Shown piece after piece: positions 9,560 through 22,859 of a stretch of 64,000 nucleotides of DNA. Position numbers and translations under genes: made by a program. Origin of the DNA: an uncultured Nitrospiraceae bacterium (GTDB taxonomy: Bacteria > Nitrospirota > Nitrospiria > Nitrospirales > Nitrospiraceae). Positions within the stretch are counted from its first letter, which is position 1, and the number at the start of each line of letters is the position of its first letter. The stretch covers positions 544,001 through 608,000 of the forward strand of contig CAVPLT010000007.1 of the NCBI GenBank assembly GCA_963706325.1. Direction: 5' to 3'. The notes under the pieces were generated by a model, which saw nothing but the letters and a program-made list of their open reading frames with translations, had not been told where the DNA came from and ran no database searches.

Positions 9560-10882
9560 TCAGCTTTCCATCACATTCATGACCAGACCGGTCAGTGGCT
9601 TGGGGAAGAAGTAGGTCGACTTGTGGGGCATCCGCTCGCCTGCCGAGGCTACGGCCTGCACTTCGGCGACTTTCGTCGGGTTCAAAAGCAACGCGGCGGT
9701 GCCGGTGCCCTGCCGCACCCAGTTCAGAGATTCGTGATCATCCTTTGAGTACAGCATCGCTTCCTGTTCCTGCTGAGTCGGGCAGAGGGTGGCCACCACA
9801 TGTTGTTGCAGCAGTGACACGTCCAACCGATCACGTGGCGAGGCGGTTGCCGTGGGACGATGCGCCGCTTTTAACGTCAGCAAATAATACTGCGAGTCAT
9901 TCTTCAGCGCGAGGCCGAACATCGGCACTGACTGCCCACGGTCGCGCAGGGTTTGGATAAACTGTGCGCGCACCTGCGGTTCGTTGCCGGGTTGAAAGGG
10001 CAACGGCGTGACTTCAAAGGTCGGTTCGAGTCTGCGCAGCAATTCAGGAGCTGCCGGCACGGACGTCGTCAGGACACGATGCGTCGGGAGCACCGTCAAT
10101 CCCTTATCCTCGAGGCTCGCAAACAGCATCAGGACGTTGTCATAGGGCTGGGGGGTCGAGGGCGCGCCGGCCTGTTGTCGCCTGGCGCGGCGATAGTTGA
10201 GCGCCGTTTCATACCGATGATGGCCGTCGGCGATGAAGAGGAGCTTGGTCTGCATGATCTGCACGACTTTGTCGAGCACGCTTTTATCGGTGACGCTCCA
10301 AAGCCGCTGCCGAAAACCCACGTCGTCTTGAAAGTCGATGCGTGGTTTTACCGAGGCGATCGCCTGTTCGATCAGGGTTAGAATGTCGTTGTGCGGATCC
10401 GAGTAAAGGGAGATGATGGGGCTGAAGTTCGCGCGGCAGGCTTCCAGCAGATTGAGCCGATCCGTTTTGGCCGCTGCCCGCGTGTTTTCGTGCGGATAAA
10501 TCTTGCCTGAGCCGAATTCCTCCAGCTCCACTGTTGAAAGAAAGCCTTTAAAGAGTTTGGTCGGCGTGCCGGGAGCGGAATAGGGCGGTTGATATTCGAT
10601 CGTGTGATAATAAATAGCGGGTTGAGAGTCGCGGCGTAATGCGCCGGATTTCAGCCAATCCTTCAGGGCGATCGACGCGCGTGTATATTTACTGTTCGCG
10701 GTATTGTCGCCCGGTTGCTCATAGCCGAGTTCCAGGCGGATGACGTTGTTCGGGTGGCGATCGTGCAAGGTCTTCTGCAACGCACTGTCGATAATGTCAT
10801 AGGGCGGCGCGACCACCTGGCGGACATCGCCGACCGTCGAGGGGTTATAGAGCGTGCCATGAAAGGGGATGACGTGTGCCAT
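9560..10882 (-). CDS. DUF1015 family protein (ParB/Srx-like fold)
   Basis: APPYDII, PHENT, IADGHHRYETA, MPHKSTYFFPK; RBS before ATG 10882. Confidence 0.88.
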   Translation of the reverse strand: MAHVIPFHGTLYNPSTVGDVRQVVAPPYDIIDSALQKTLHDRHPNNVIRLELGYEQPGDNTANSKYTRASIALKDWLKSGALRRDSQPAIYYHTIEYQPPYSAPGTPTKLFKGFLSTVELEEFGSGKIYPHENTRAAAKTDRLNLLEACRANFSPIISLYSDPHNDILTLIEQAIASVKPRIDFQDDVGFRQRLWSVTDKSVLDKVVQIMQTKLLFIADGHHRYETALNYRRARRQQAGAPSTPQPYDNVLMLFASLEDKGLTVLPTHRVLTTSVPAAPELLRRLEPTFEVTPLPFQPGNEPQVRAQFIQTLRDRGQSVPMFGLALKNDSQYYLLTLKAAHRPTATASPRDRLDVSLLQQHVVATLCPTQQEQEAMLYSKDDHESLNWVRQGTGTAALLLNPTKVAEVQAVASAGERMPHKSTYFFPKPLTGLVMNVMES

Positions 10883-11010
10883 ACGGGTTTCTGTCCTTTT
10901 CTCTCGTGGGTGCGGTGTGATCCTGTCCACCGGCGGTGAGCCGGAGTTGTCGCTGAACGAGTGAACTCCGTCAGCGGCATGTGGGCGTTGTGAAGCCGAA
11001 CGGCGGCAAC

Positions 11011-12015
11011 TTAGCGGTCGCGAGTCACCATGTAATCGGCGGCGATGGACAGGGCGCGTTTAGCGGTGTTGTCGTGGAAGAGGTCAAGATCGCGTTTGGC
11101 GGCCGAGACGAAGGCGCGAGCCCGCTCCATGGCGTAAGCGATGGACCCGTACTCCTGCATCAGGGTCACGATGCGGCGAAGCTCTTCATCAGTCAGGGTC
11201 CTGGTCTCCATGCGATCCTTAATCAACTGCCGATCCTGCTCCGAGCAATGTTGCAAGAGGTGCAGCAGCGGCAGCGTCGCTTTCCCTTGCCGCAAGTCCT
11301 GCCCGAGCGTTTTCCCCAGATGCTCGCCATTGGCGGCGTAGTCTAACGTATCGTCCGCCAGCTGAAACGCAATGCCCAGACGCTGTCCGAATCGGAACAA
11401 CACTTCCTGTAACTCTTCCGTGGCTCCGCCGACGATTGCGCCGATTTTGCAGGAGGCCGCAATCAGTCCGGCCGTCTTATGTTCGATAATGCGAAGGTAT
11501 TCCGGTTCGGGCATCAGCGGGTTGCCGTTGTAGTACAGCTGAAGGACTTCCCCTTCGGCCATCTTTCGGCAAGCCTCGGAAAGCGCTTCATTGATGCCTT
11601 GGTTTCGAAAGTCGACGATCTGGCAAATCGCGCGCGAATAGAGATAGTCGCCGACCAAAATACTGATTTGATTGCCCCAGATTTTACTTGCGGTTCGGCG
11701 GCCTCGACGCAGTTCAGCCTCATCGACCACATCATCATGCAGCAACGTGGCGGTATGGATGAATTCGACCAGACTCCCGAGGGCCTGATGGTCGCGACCG
11801 GCATAGCCGCAAAGATGGGCGCTGAGGATGACAAAGAGCGGCCGCACTCGTTTGCCGCCGCTGTTGAGGATGTGAGCGGCGACCGTGTTGACGAGAGCCA
11901 CGCTGGAATCGAGGTTTTTTCGAATCTGTTCTTCGACCCCCTCCAGTTCTTCGCGATACACATCCCACACATCGGCCATGCTGTGGAGGGTGAGGGTGGT
12001 CGGTCCGTTCGACAT
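11011..12015 (-). CDS. ispB: Polyprenyl (octaprenyl/heptaprenyl) diphosphate synthase
   Basis: GGKRVRP, LLHDDVVD (FARM), RRG, FQLADDTLD (SARM). Confidence 0.88.
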   Translation of the reverse strand: MSNGPTTLTLHSMADVWDVYREELEGVEEQIRKNLDSSVALVNTVAAHILNSGGKRVRPLFVILSAHLCGYAGRDHQALGSLVEFIHTATLLHDDVVDEAELRRGRRTASKIWGNQISILVGDYLYSRAICQIVDFRNQGINEALSEACRKMAEGEVLQLYYNGNPLMPEPEYLRIIEHKTAGLIAASCKIGAIVGGATEELQEVLFRFGQRLGIAFQLADDTLDYAANGEHLGKTLGQDLRQGKATLPLLHLLQHCSEQDRQLIKDRMETRTLTDEELRRIVTLMQEYGSIAYAMERARAFVSAAKRDLDLFHDNTAKRALSIAADYMVTRDR

Positions 12016-12022
12016 GGAGCGG

Positions 12023-12052
12023 ATAGTAGGGCAGGAAACTGCACTAAGTCAA
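12023..12052 (-). promoter_or_regulatory. Sigma-70 promoter for the polyprenyl synthase gene (probably leaderless)
   Basis: Minus strand TTGACT-N18-TACTAT, 7 nt before ATG 12015. Confidence 0.5.
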
Positions 12053-12094
12053 GCGCTGGTCGATGGATTGTCCTTCAATTGCATCGCCGTTCTC

Positions 12095-12124
12095 TTGACA
12101 GTTTCACAACCCATCCAGTAAGGT
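12095..12124 (+). promoter_or_regulatory. Putative sigma-70 promoter of gltBD
   Basis: TTGACA-N18-TAAGGT about 125 bp upstream of gltB. Confidence 0.5.
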
Positions 12125-12250
12125 GACTTCTCATTTTATTTCCCCAAATCAGTGGTAGCAGTCACCGTGGTCGTTTGTCAGCTTGAACGTCCTCCTGTGG
12201 GGAATCTATTCCCCGGGTCATTGCCTGCCTGCTAGACGAGAATACGTGCC

Positions 12251-16771
<4,521 letters not shown>

Positions 16772-16784
16772 CGCGACGCGTTAA

Positions 16785-16812
16785 ACGAGAGACGAAGGAC
16801 GAGAGACGAAAA
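16785..16812 (+). repeat. Short 7-bp tandem repeat between gltB and gltD
   Basis: ACGAGAG ACGAAGG ACGAGAG ACGAAAA. Confidence 0.5.
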
Positions 16813-16816
16813 AGCG

Positions 16817-18250
16817 ATGGGTGATCCAAAGGGCTTTTTGAAATACGCGCGTGAGGGGCCGAAGCGGAAACCGGTCGAGCTACGCGTGCTCGATTGGAAA
16901 GAAATGTACGAGCCGATCCCTGAGGACAAGCTCAAGATTCAAGGCGCCCGCTGCATGGACTGCGGTGTGCCGTTCTGCCAAGGTAACACCGGCTGTCCCG
17001 TCGTCAATTTGATCCCGGAGTGGAATGATCTCGTCTATCGCGGACGCTGGAAAGACGCGCTCAAGGCGCTGCACACCACGAACAACTTTCCGGAGTTCAC
17101 CGGCCGCCTCTGCCCCGCTCCCTGCGAAGGGGCTTGCGTGTTGGGGATCAACAGCGATCCCGTGTCGATCCGGGTGCTCGAATGGAACATCATCGACCGC
17201 GGCTTCAACGAAGGCCTGGTCGAACCGGCCATGCCCGTCAGAAAGACCGGGAAAACAGTCGCGATCGTCGGGTCAGGACCGGCCGGTCTCGCCGCCGCGC
17301 AGCAATTGGCGCGGGCGGGCCATGCAGTGACCCTGTTTGAAAAGGCCGATCGTATCGGCGGGTTGCTGCGCTATGGCATTCCTGATTTTAAAATGGAAAA
17401 GTGGGTGATCGACCGGCGGCTGGAGCAGATGAAGGCCGAAGGCGTCGAGTTCAAATGCGGTGTCGCGGTGGGACAAGACATCACCGGCGAACAGTTGCGC
17501 CAGCAATTCGATGCGGTCGGGCTCACCATGGGCGCCGAGGTGGCGCGCGATCTGCCCGTGCCCGGGCGAGAGCTCAAGGGCATTCATTTCGCCATGGAAT
17601 ACCTCACCCAGCAAAACAAGCGAACCGCGGGCATTTCCGTTTCCGACGAACCGATTACCGCCAAGGGTAAACGGGTGATCATCATCGGCGGCGGCGATAC
17701 CGGGTCCGACTGTCTGGGGACCGCGCATCGTCAGGGTTGCACTGAAGCCCATCAGTTTGAAGTGCTGCCTGAGCCTCCGCCCTCGCGCGCGGATTCCACT
17801 CCCTGGCCGCTCTGGCCTATGCAATTGCGTACGTCGCATGCGCACGAAGAAGGCTGTGACCGTCAATGGAGCGTGTCCACCACCAGGTTCACCGGCCATA
17901 ACGGTCACGTGACCAAGCTGCATGCCAACCGGGTGAAGTTCGAAGGCGGTAAGTTCGTCCCGATGCCGAATACGGAGTTTGAGCTGGATGCGGATCTCGT
18001 GTTGCTGGCCATGGGTTTCACGGGGCCGGTCCGCAACGGCTTCCTCGACAGCCTCGGCGTCACCTATGATGCGCGCGGCTGCGTGACGGTCGATGAGAAC
18101 TTCATGACCAACCTCGACGGCGTCTTTGCCGGCGGCGACACCAAGCGCGGCGCCTCACTCATCGTCTGGGCCATCGCCGAAGGGCGCAAGATGGCGGCGG
18201 GGGTCGATAAGTATCTGCAAGCCAATAAGTCAGCGAAAACAGGCCGCTGA
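16817..18250 (+). CDS. gltD: Glutamate synthase small subunit
   Basis: RCMDCGVPFC, GRLCPAPCEGAC, GSGPAG, GGGDTGSDC. Confidence 0.97.
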   Translation: MGDPKGFLKYAREGPKRKPVELRVLDWKEMYEPIPEDKLKIQGARCMDCGVPFCQGNTGCPVVNLIPEWNDLVYRGRWKDALKALHTTNNFPEFTGRLCPAPCEGACVLGINSDPVSIRVLEWNIIDRGFNEGLVEPAMPVRKTGKTVAIVGSGPAGLAAAQQLARAGHAVTLFEKADRIGGLLRYGIPDFKMEKWVIDRRLEQMKAEGVEFKCGVAVGQDITGEQLRQQFDAVGLTMGAEVARDLPVPGRELKGIHFAMEYLTQQNKRTAGISVSDEPITAKGKRVIIIGGGDTGSDCLGTAHRQGCTEAHQFEVLPEPPPSRADSTPWPLWPMQLRTSHAHEEGCDRQWSVSTTRFTGHNGHVTKLHANRVKFEGGKFVPMPNTEFELDADLVLLAMGFTGPVRNGFLDSLGVTYDARGCVTVDENFMTNLDGVFAGGDTKRGASLIVWAIAEGRKMAAGVDKYLQANKSAKTGR

Positions 18251-18360
18251 AAAAGCCTCCCAGCGTCGTTCTCGCTTCGCTCAAACCCTCACGTACCGAA
18301 ACCGTACGCCTCGGGCTTTCGCTCGCTGCGGCCTAGCTGGATAGGCTCTTTAAGCGGCTT
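18241..18360. repeat. Palindromic MITE/REP-like element (family copy 2) containing the gltD stop codon
   Basis: AGGCCGCTGAAAAAGCCT ... AGGCTCTTTAAGCGGCTT inverted repeats; internal CGTTCTCGC..CGTAC..GTACGCCTCGG..CTCGCTGCGGCC..GCTGG matches the reverse complement of 8014-8137. Confidence 0.8.
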
Positions 18361-18401
18361 AAATCAGAAGATCTACACATGCTGTTTATATTTGGCCTGT
18401 G

Positions 18402-18430
18402 TTGACACAATCTACCTTGGGAAGTAGTTT
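18402..18430 (+). promoter_or_regulatory. Putative sigma-70 promoter for the low-GC ORF
   Basis: TTGACA-N17-TAGTTT. Confidence 0.45.
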
Positions 18431-18468
18431 TGCTTCTTCGGCAGTTGTTGTTAGCCACACATCTTAAA

Positions 18469-19089
18469 ATGACTCCAAAAGATATAGAGAAGCTGAGCGC
18501 AGATAAACGAACTCAGGCAGCCAAGGAAGGTGGTTATCTGTTGAATGAGGCGATTCGCGAGCTACTTGCTCCCGCACATATCGTGCGTTTGTCTGATGCG
18601 TGGCTGTCTCATAATCCGATCCCGCTCGTGGCATTGGCGGCTGTACGTCACTTGGCAGTCACCAGTGTTGTCAGGAACATATTTCGGTTGAAAGAAACGA
18701 GGGAGAGCTTTATTGAGGGGTGGCTGATTTCTGATGAAAGACTGAGGGCATTGGGTTTTCCACCTATAGAAGAGTTCATTGGCGCAGACCAATGGAATCA
18801 GTTCGTAGTTGTGCGCCATCAGTACGCGGGGCATGCTACAGGGAAGGAAGGGACCTTCAAGAGTCCTGGTCGAATAGTGCCTGCTTTGGTTTTGGGCAAA
18901 GCTGTTCGAGAAGCTGGTCTATTAGAGTTTGAATTACTGCTGGGACGGGTTCAAAACGAACTTGTACCAAGTGTCGAGAGGGTGCGCGATGAGATATACA
19001 AGCTGTATCCGGTCGCGAAAGAATTCGTAATCACTTATGCATTGGATCTAGAAAGAGCTACACATTTGAAAATGGGAGAAGGTAATTAA
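18469..19089 (+). CDS. Low-GC hypothetical protein, putative HEPN-domain RNase
   Basis: 206-aa helical ORF, AT-richer than its flanks; R-H-Q-Y-A-G-H (Rx5H) motif at 18814-18834. Confidence 0.6.
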   Translation: MTPKDIEKLSADKRTQAAKEGGYLLNEAIRELLAPAHIVRLSDAWLSHNPIPLVALAAVRHLAVTSVVRNIFRLKETRESFIEGWLISDERLRALGFPPIEEFIGADQWNQFVVVRHQYAGHATGKEGTFKSPGRIVPALVLGKAVREAGLLEFELLLGRVQNELVPSVERVRDEIYKLYPVAKEFVITYALDLERATHLKMGEGN

Positions 19090-19527
19090 ATGAGTGCGCG
19101 CGCGTATCCCCGCAGCCCAAAGGTTCTTCTCGGCGGCATCGCCCACCTCGGGCGTTTCATCGACAAGGTTCGACTGCGTCATGCAGGCAAGATTCAGGAC
19201 TACAACTACATTACGGTGGGATTCGATAAGTACCTGATCGATTTTTTGCAGATCGATGTGAAGGCTTTCGAGCAGCAGGTGTTGGCGGGTGGAAGTGATG
19301 AGGTCTTGCTGGCCTGGGTGAAGGCCAACGGTGGCAAGCATTCCGACCAAGAGATTGCGCAATGGTCGCAGGGACTTCTGACTGGAGGCCCGAAAGACGA
19401 TGCCGAAAGGCAACGATTCGAGGGACGCGTCCAAGCCATCGCGACGAAGCGCGGAGTGCCGGTGACGTCGCTACCTACCGCCCATACCTGGGTCGATATC
19501 ATTGAAATTGATGAAGGGCGGATGTAG
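19090..19527 (+). CDS. DUF5069 domain protein
   Basis: PRSP..LGGIAHLGRFIDK, C-terminal IEIDEGR; GGAGAAGG RBS. Confidence 0.8.
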   Translation: MSARAYPRSPKVLLGGIAHLGRFIDKVRLRHAGKIQDYNYITVGFDKYLIDFLQIDVKAFEQQVLAGGSDEVLLAWVKANGGKHSDQEIAQWSQGLLTGGPKDDAERQRFEGRVQAIATKRGVPVTSLPTAHTWVDIIEIDEGRM

Positions 19528-19713
19528 CGCTTACGGACTAGCTTATCCGAAACAGGGCTCTTGAACCTACGACAGGGGCCGCATCTGCGAAGGCGGTTCT
19601 GTCGAGCGACTTGTGTCACATGTAGACGACGGTGTGGACAAGAGGCAGGTACGGAGAGGCGACTGGGCAGAATCATATCGTGATGGCTCTCCCCAGCCTG
19701 AAAGATGATTGGC

Positions 19714-20205
19714 TTATGCCCTCGGTTTTACTTTGAGCACGACGACGTCCAAGACAATTTGTTTCCCGGCGAGTGGATGATTGAAGTCGATCACAGCCGA
19801 ATCATCCGCCAGGGAGAGGACTGTGAACGGTCGGCCCTCGGGGGTCGTCGTTATTTCCCCCGCTGTAATAGTTTGCGGTAGTTGAGCGCGGGGTATGGTG
19901 GTTTTCTTCGTGGCATCGTATTGTCCGAAGGCGTGGTCCGCATCGAGTTCGACTCGTTTCTTTTCCCCGACATGCAATCCCACGAGGGCTTGTTCCAAGC
20001 CTGGTATCAGTTGTTTCGCTCCATGCGTGTATTCGCTGGTGTGAGGGGGGATGACAAGATGGTCATTGGGCACGGTGATCGTCATTTCAAGCGTCACCTT
20101 TGCGCCCTCTTCAATGGGAGGCGAGCTCGTCTGGGATTGGACGGGTCCGCTCAACATTATCATGGCCGTGAAGGCTGCGAGGAACATGACAGACAATTTA
20201 GACAT
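19714..20205 (-). CDS. FKBP-type peptidyl-prolyl isomerase (SlyD/SlpA-like) with signal peptide
   Basis: LIPGLEQAL.G..VGEKK, AFG, IDFNHPLAGK; hydrophobic N-terminus. Confidence 0.85.
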   Translation of the reverse strand: MSKLSVMFLAAFTAMIMLSGPVQSQTSSPPIEEGAKVTLEMTITVPNDHLVIPPHTSEYTHGAKQLIPGLEQALVGLHVGEKKRVELDADHAFGQYDATKKTTIPRAQLPQTITAGEITTTPEGRPFTVLSLADDSAVIDFNHPLAGKQIVLDVVVLKVKPRA

Positions 20206-20270
20206 GCGACACCTCATGAAAACTCAGAAATTTCGGGTTGCTAAACAGATTCTGCTTTTCTTGGTTTTTC

Positions 20271-20564
20271 TTATGGAGAGGTCGAATCGATTTTGACGAT
20301 CTTGGTCACTCGATTGTCCAGATCGATCTCCACGCTGCACGTATCTCCTTTGTGTAATCCGTTTAAGATTTCAGCCGATGTGGCATGGAGAGTCCAGACT
20401 TGGCCTTCCATCGTCTTAAATGTCAGACTTGGAGCCGCTGTGTCAACCGATTCGATGCTTACGCGAGTATAAGCCAGCGAGGCCAAGCTTTCTGTGGTGA
20501 CTATGAAAGCGGTCGTGAACCCCGGCAGGATGAGCAAGCCGGCCAGTAAGAGAGACTTGATCAT
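20271..20564 (-). CDS. Small exported hypothetical protein (OB-fold-like)
   Basis: AGGAGG RBS, signal peptide, beta-rich LHKGD.CSVEI segment. Confidence 0.65.
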   Translation of the reverse strand: MIKSLLLAGLLILPGFTTAFIVTTESLASLAYTRVSIESVDTAAPSLTFKTMEGQVWTLHATSAEILNGLHKGDTCSVEIDLDNRVTKIVKIDSTSP

Positions 20565-20609
20565 GTCATCCTCCTTTTGCTGGAAATGAAAAGGCCATTG
20601 GCTATTTCA

Positions 20610-20625
20610 TTCAAGCAACGAGCCT
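20610..20625 (-). promoter_or_regulatory. Sigma-54-like promoter for the 20564/20205 operon
   Basis: Minus strand AGGCTCGTTGCTTGAA (GG-N10-GA); palindrome GTCCC-GAT-GGGAC about 110 bp upstream as a possible activator site. Confidence 0.4.
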
Positions 20626-20792
20626 AGAGAGGCATCGGCCCTCCAGTCGGAGGATTCGTTAATTCTTTCAGCACTTAGTGGTCAGATCCCGGAAGAGACA
20701 ATGCGACATCGGCACCGTTTTTTCGCGCATCTTGTCCCGATGGGACTTTTTGTCCGTGAAATAAACTACTGACTCATTCTGGAACGATCGAT

Positions 20793-21974
20793 GTGCAGAG
20801 CGAAAAAAAATCTATAGCTTCTGGTACTCACGGAATTACGATCGCGTGCGTCCTGCTGGCAATTGTCACGCTGCCGCTACTCGGCGTGACGCTCGCTGGT
20901 GGAGCGATCCACCATTACCTCGAATTTCCCCCGTTTACGCGCTCAGTCACCCATGAACCATTTTCGTGGGCCATCTTCATCGGGGGGGCTCTGCTAGTGG
21001 CCGCGATGTTCGTTCCGTTTCTGGCGAGGGTGGTGCGAACGATGCGTTACGGGAGCCGAGCGCCGACGGATCGATTCCCTTGGTGGGGTTGGATTGCGAT
21101 CGGCTGGACTTTGCTGGCCTGGTCATTAGCGTGGAGCAGGCTCGGATGGATGGACTCGATTCAAGGGCTGACGTTTACGCCGCTGTGGCTGGGCTTCATC
21201 GTCACGGTCAATGCTTTGACCTTCCGGCGAATCGGCCATTGCATGATGCTGCACCGTCCCCGCTATTTTCTTTCCCTTTTCCCGCTCAGCGCTCTCTTCT
21301 GGTGGTCCTTCGAATATCTCAATCGTTTCGTACAAAACTGGTACTACTTGGGCGGACAAGAATTGACTGCGTGGGAATACCTCTGGCAGGCCACGCTGTC
21401 CTTCTCCACTGTCCTGCCCGCGGTGCTCGGGACAGCTGAATGGTTGAGTACCTATCGGCGGCAGGTGGTGGACTCGGATCCAGGGACGGTCGGCGGGATC
21501 GCAGATCGAGTGGCCTGGGGATGGGGCCTGCTCTGCGCGGCTGCAGCATGCCTCTTGGGTCTCGGTCTGTGGCCCGACTTCCTGTTCTTTTTGGTGTGGG
21601 TTGCTCCACTGCTTCTCATTACCGCACTGCAATGGATTCGACATGAGCCGACCATTTGGGACGATACGCGTCATGAAGGTTGGGGCGTTCTGTGGACCGT
21701 CGCATTCGCGGCGCTACTCTGTGGCTTCTTTTGGGAGCTGTGGAATTTCTACAGCCTGGCTCACTGGGAATATGCCGTGCCGTTCGTGCACCGGTTTCAA
21801 GTGTTCCATATGCCTCTGTTGGGCTATGCCGGCTATCTGCCGTTCGGGTTGGAATGTCTGGCCGTCGCGGACCTGTGCCTGACCAGAAAGTTTTCAGGAG
21901 GTGCGGCCTATTATCGCGCGGCCGGAGGTGGCATCGACTTGGCGCAACGGAAACCGACGGTGGGGGAACGTTGA
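20793..21974 (+). CDS. Polytopic membrane protein of unknown function
   Basis: About 10 hydrophobic segments; repeated FW.xFE..N...W.Y motif; 3' end overlaps the convergent gene by 64 bp. Confidence 0.75.
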   Translation: MQSEKKSIASGTHGITIACVLLAIVTLPLLGVTLAGGAIHHYLEFPPFTRSVTHEPFSWAIFIGGALLVAAMFVPFLARVVRTMRYGSRAPTDRFPWWGWIAIGWTLLAWSLAWSRLGWMDSIQGLTFTPLWLGFIVTVNALTFRRIGHCMMLHRPRYFLSLFPLSALFWWSFEYLNRFVQNWYYLGGQELTAWEYLWQATLSFSTVLPAVLGTAEWLSTYRRQVVDSDPGTVGGIADRVAWGWGLLCAAAACLLGLGLWPDFLFFLVWVAPLLLITALQWIRHEPTIWDDTRHEGWGVLWTVAFAALLCGFFWELWNFYSLAHWEYAVPFVHRFQVFHMPLLGYAGYLPFGLECLAVADLCLTRKFSGGAAYYRAAGGGIDLAQRKPTVGER

Positions 21975-22859
21975 TTTGAGGGCGCACCGCTTCGGGTGGC
22001 CGTCCTCAGCATGATGCGGTGACTCTTCCAAGACCCGCCGCGCAAGCTTTTGTAGCGGCCGCTGGTCGGGCCGGGGGGATTCCGTTCCGGCATGTAGGCG
22101 TAATAGTCAAAGCCGAACCAGTCGTTCACCCATTCTGCGACGTTGCCCGCCATGTGATGCGCGCCGTAATAGCTCTTGCCCGCCTCTCCGCTGCCGACGG
22201 CGGCGAGGATTGGGATTTCATGCACATGATGTTGTCCGAACATGGCTAACGTGCTATCGGGTAGCTGCGGCCCCCACGGAAACAGATTGCCGTCCGGTCC
22301 TCGGGCTGCTTTTTCCCACTCCGCTTCAGTTGGGAGCCGTTTACCGTGCGAACGGCAAAGACCGTCGGCTTCTTTCCATGTGACGTAGAGCGCCGGCCAT
22401 TGCGCCAAGGTTTCATCCGAAACGGAATGGACTGTAATAACGTGCCAAATCAACTTCTGCAGTTCCACTGATGGATGAAGCTTTCGCGCCTGAAGATAAG
22501 CGAGATATTCCGCAAGGCTGACTTCGTCGCGATCGATCTCGTAGGTGTCGAGCCACACGCGGTGCTGCGGCAGTTCGGTGTCATCGAACTGCGTCTCCTT
22601 GCCGTAAGGGTCGTCATCCACGCGCACGCTGCCCAATAAGAATGTGCCTTCAGGGATTCGGATGGTCGGCGAGTTGGCGGCTAGGCTGGTGATCGATGCG
22701 AGATGCTTGGCCAACTCCGGCGTCGGGGCGGGACTGGGCGCGCGCGCGGGCGCTGATATGGCAATGCCGTACCCGGTTGTGGTGAGGAACAGAAGCGCGA
22801 GAGTTGAGCGGCGCGCGATGGACGACCGCGCACGACGAAGCCGGGTGGCCAGGCCTCAT
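21911..22859 (-). CDS. FGE-sulfatase (SUMF1/EgtB/PvdO) domain exported protein; probable frameshift near the 5' end
   Basis: RLPTEAEWEKAARG, MAGNVAEWV, RGGSW, GFRCA; the frame stays open to about 22854 through a signal-peptide-like stretch, but ATG 22859 is one base out of frame. Confidence 0.8.

Noticed and set aside
16772..16816. 7-bp tandem repeats as a phase-variation or regulatory array
   Set aside because: Only about four degenerate units in an intergenic spacer; no effect on a reading frame is evident.
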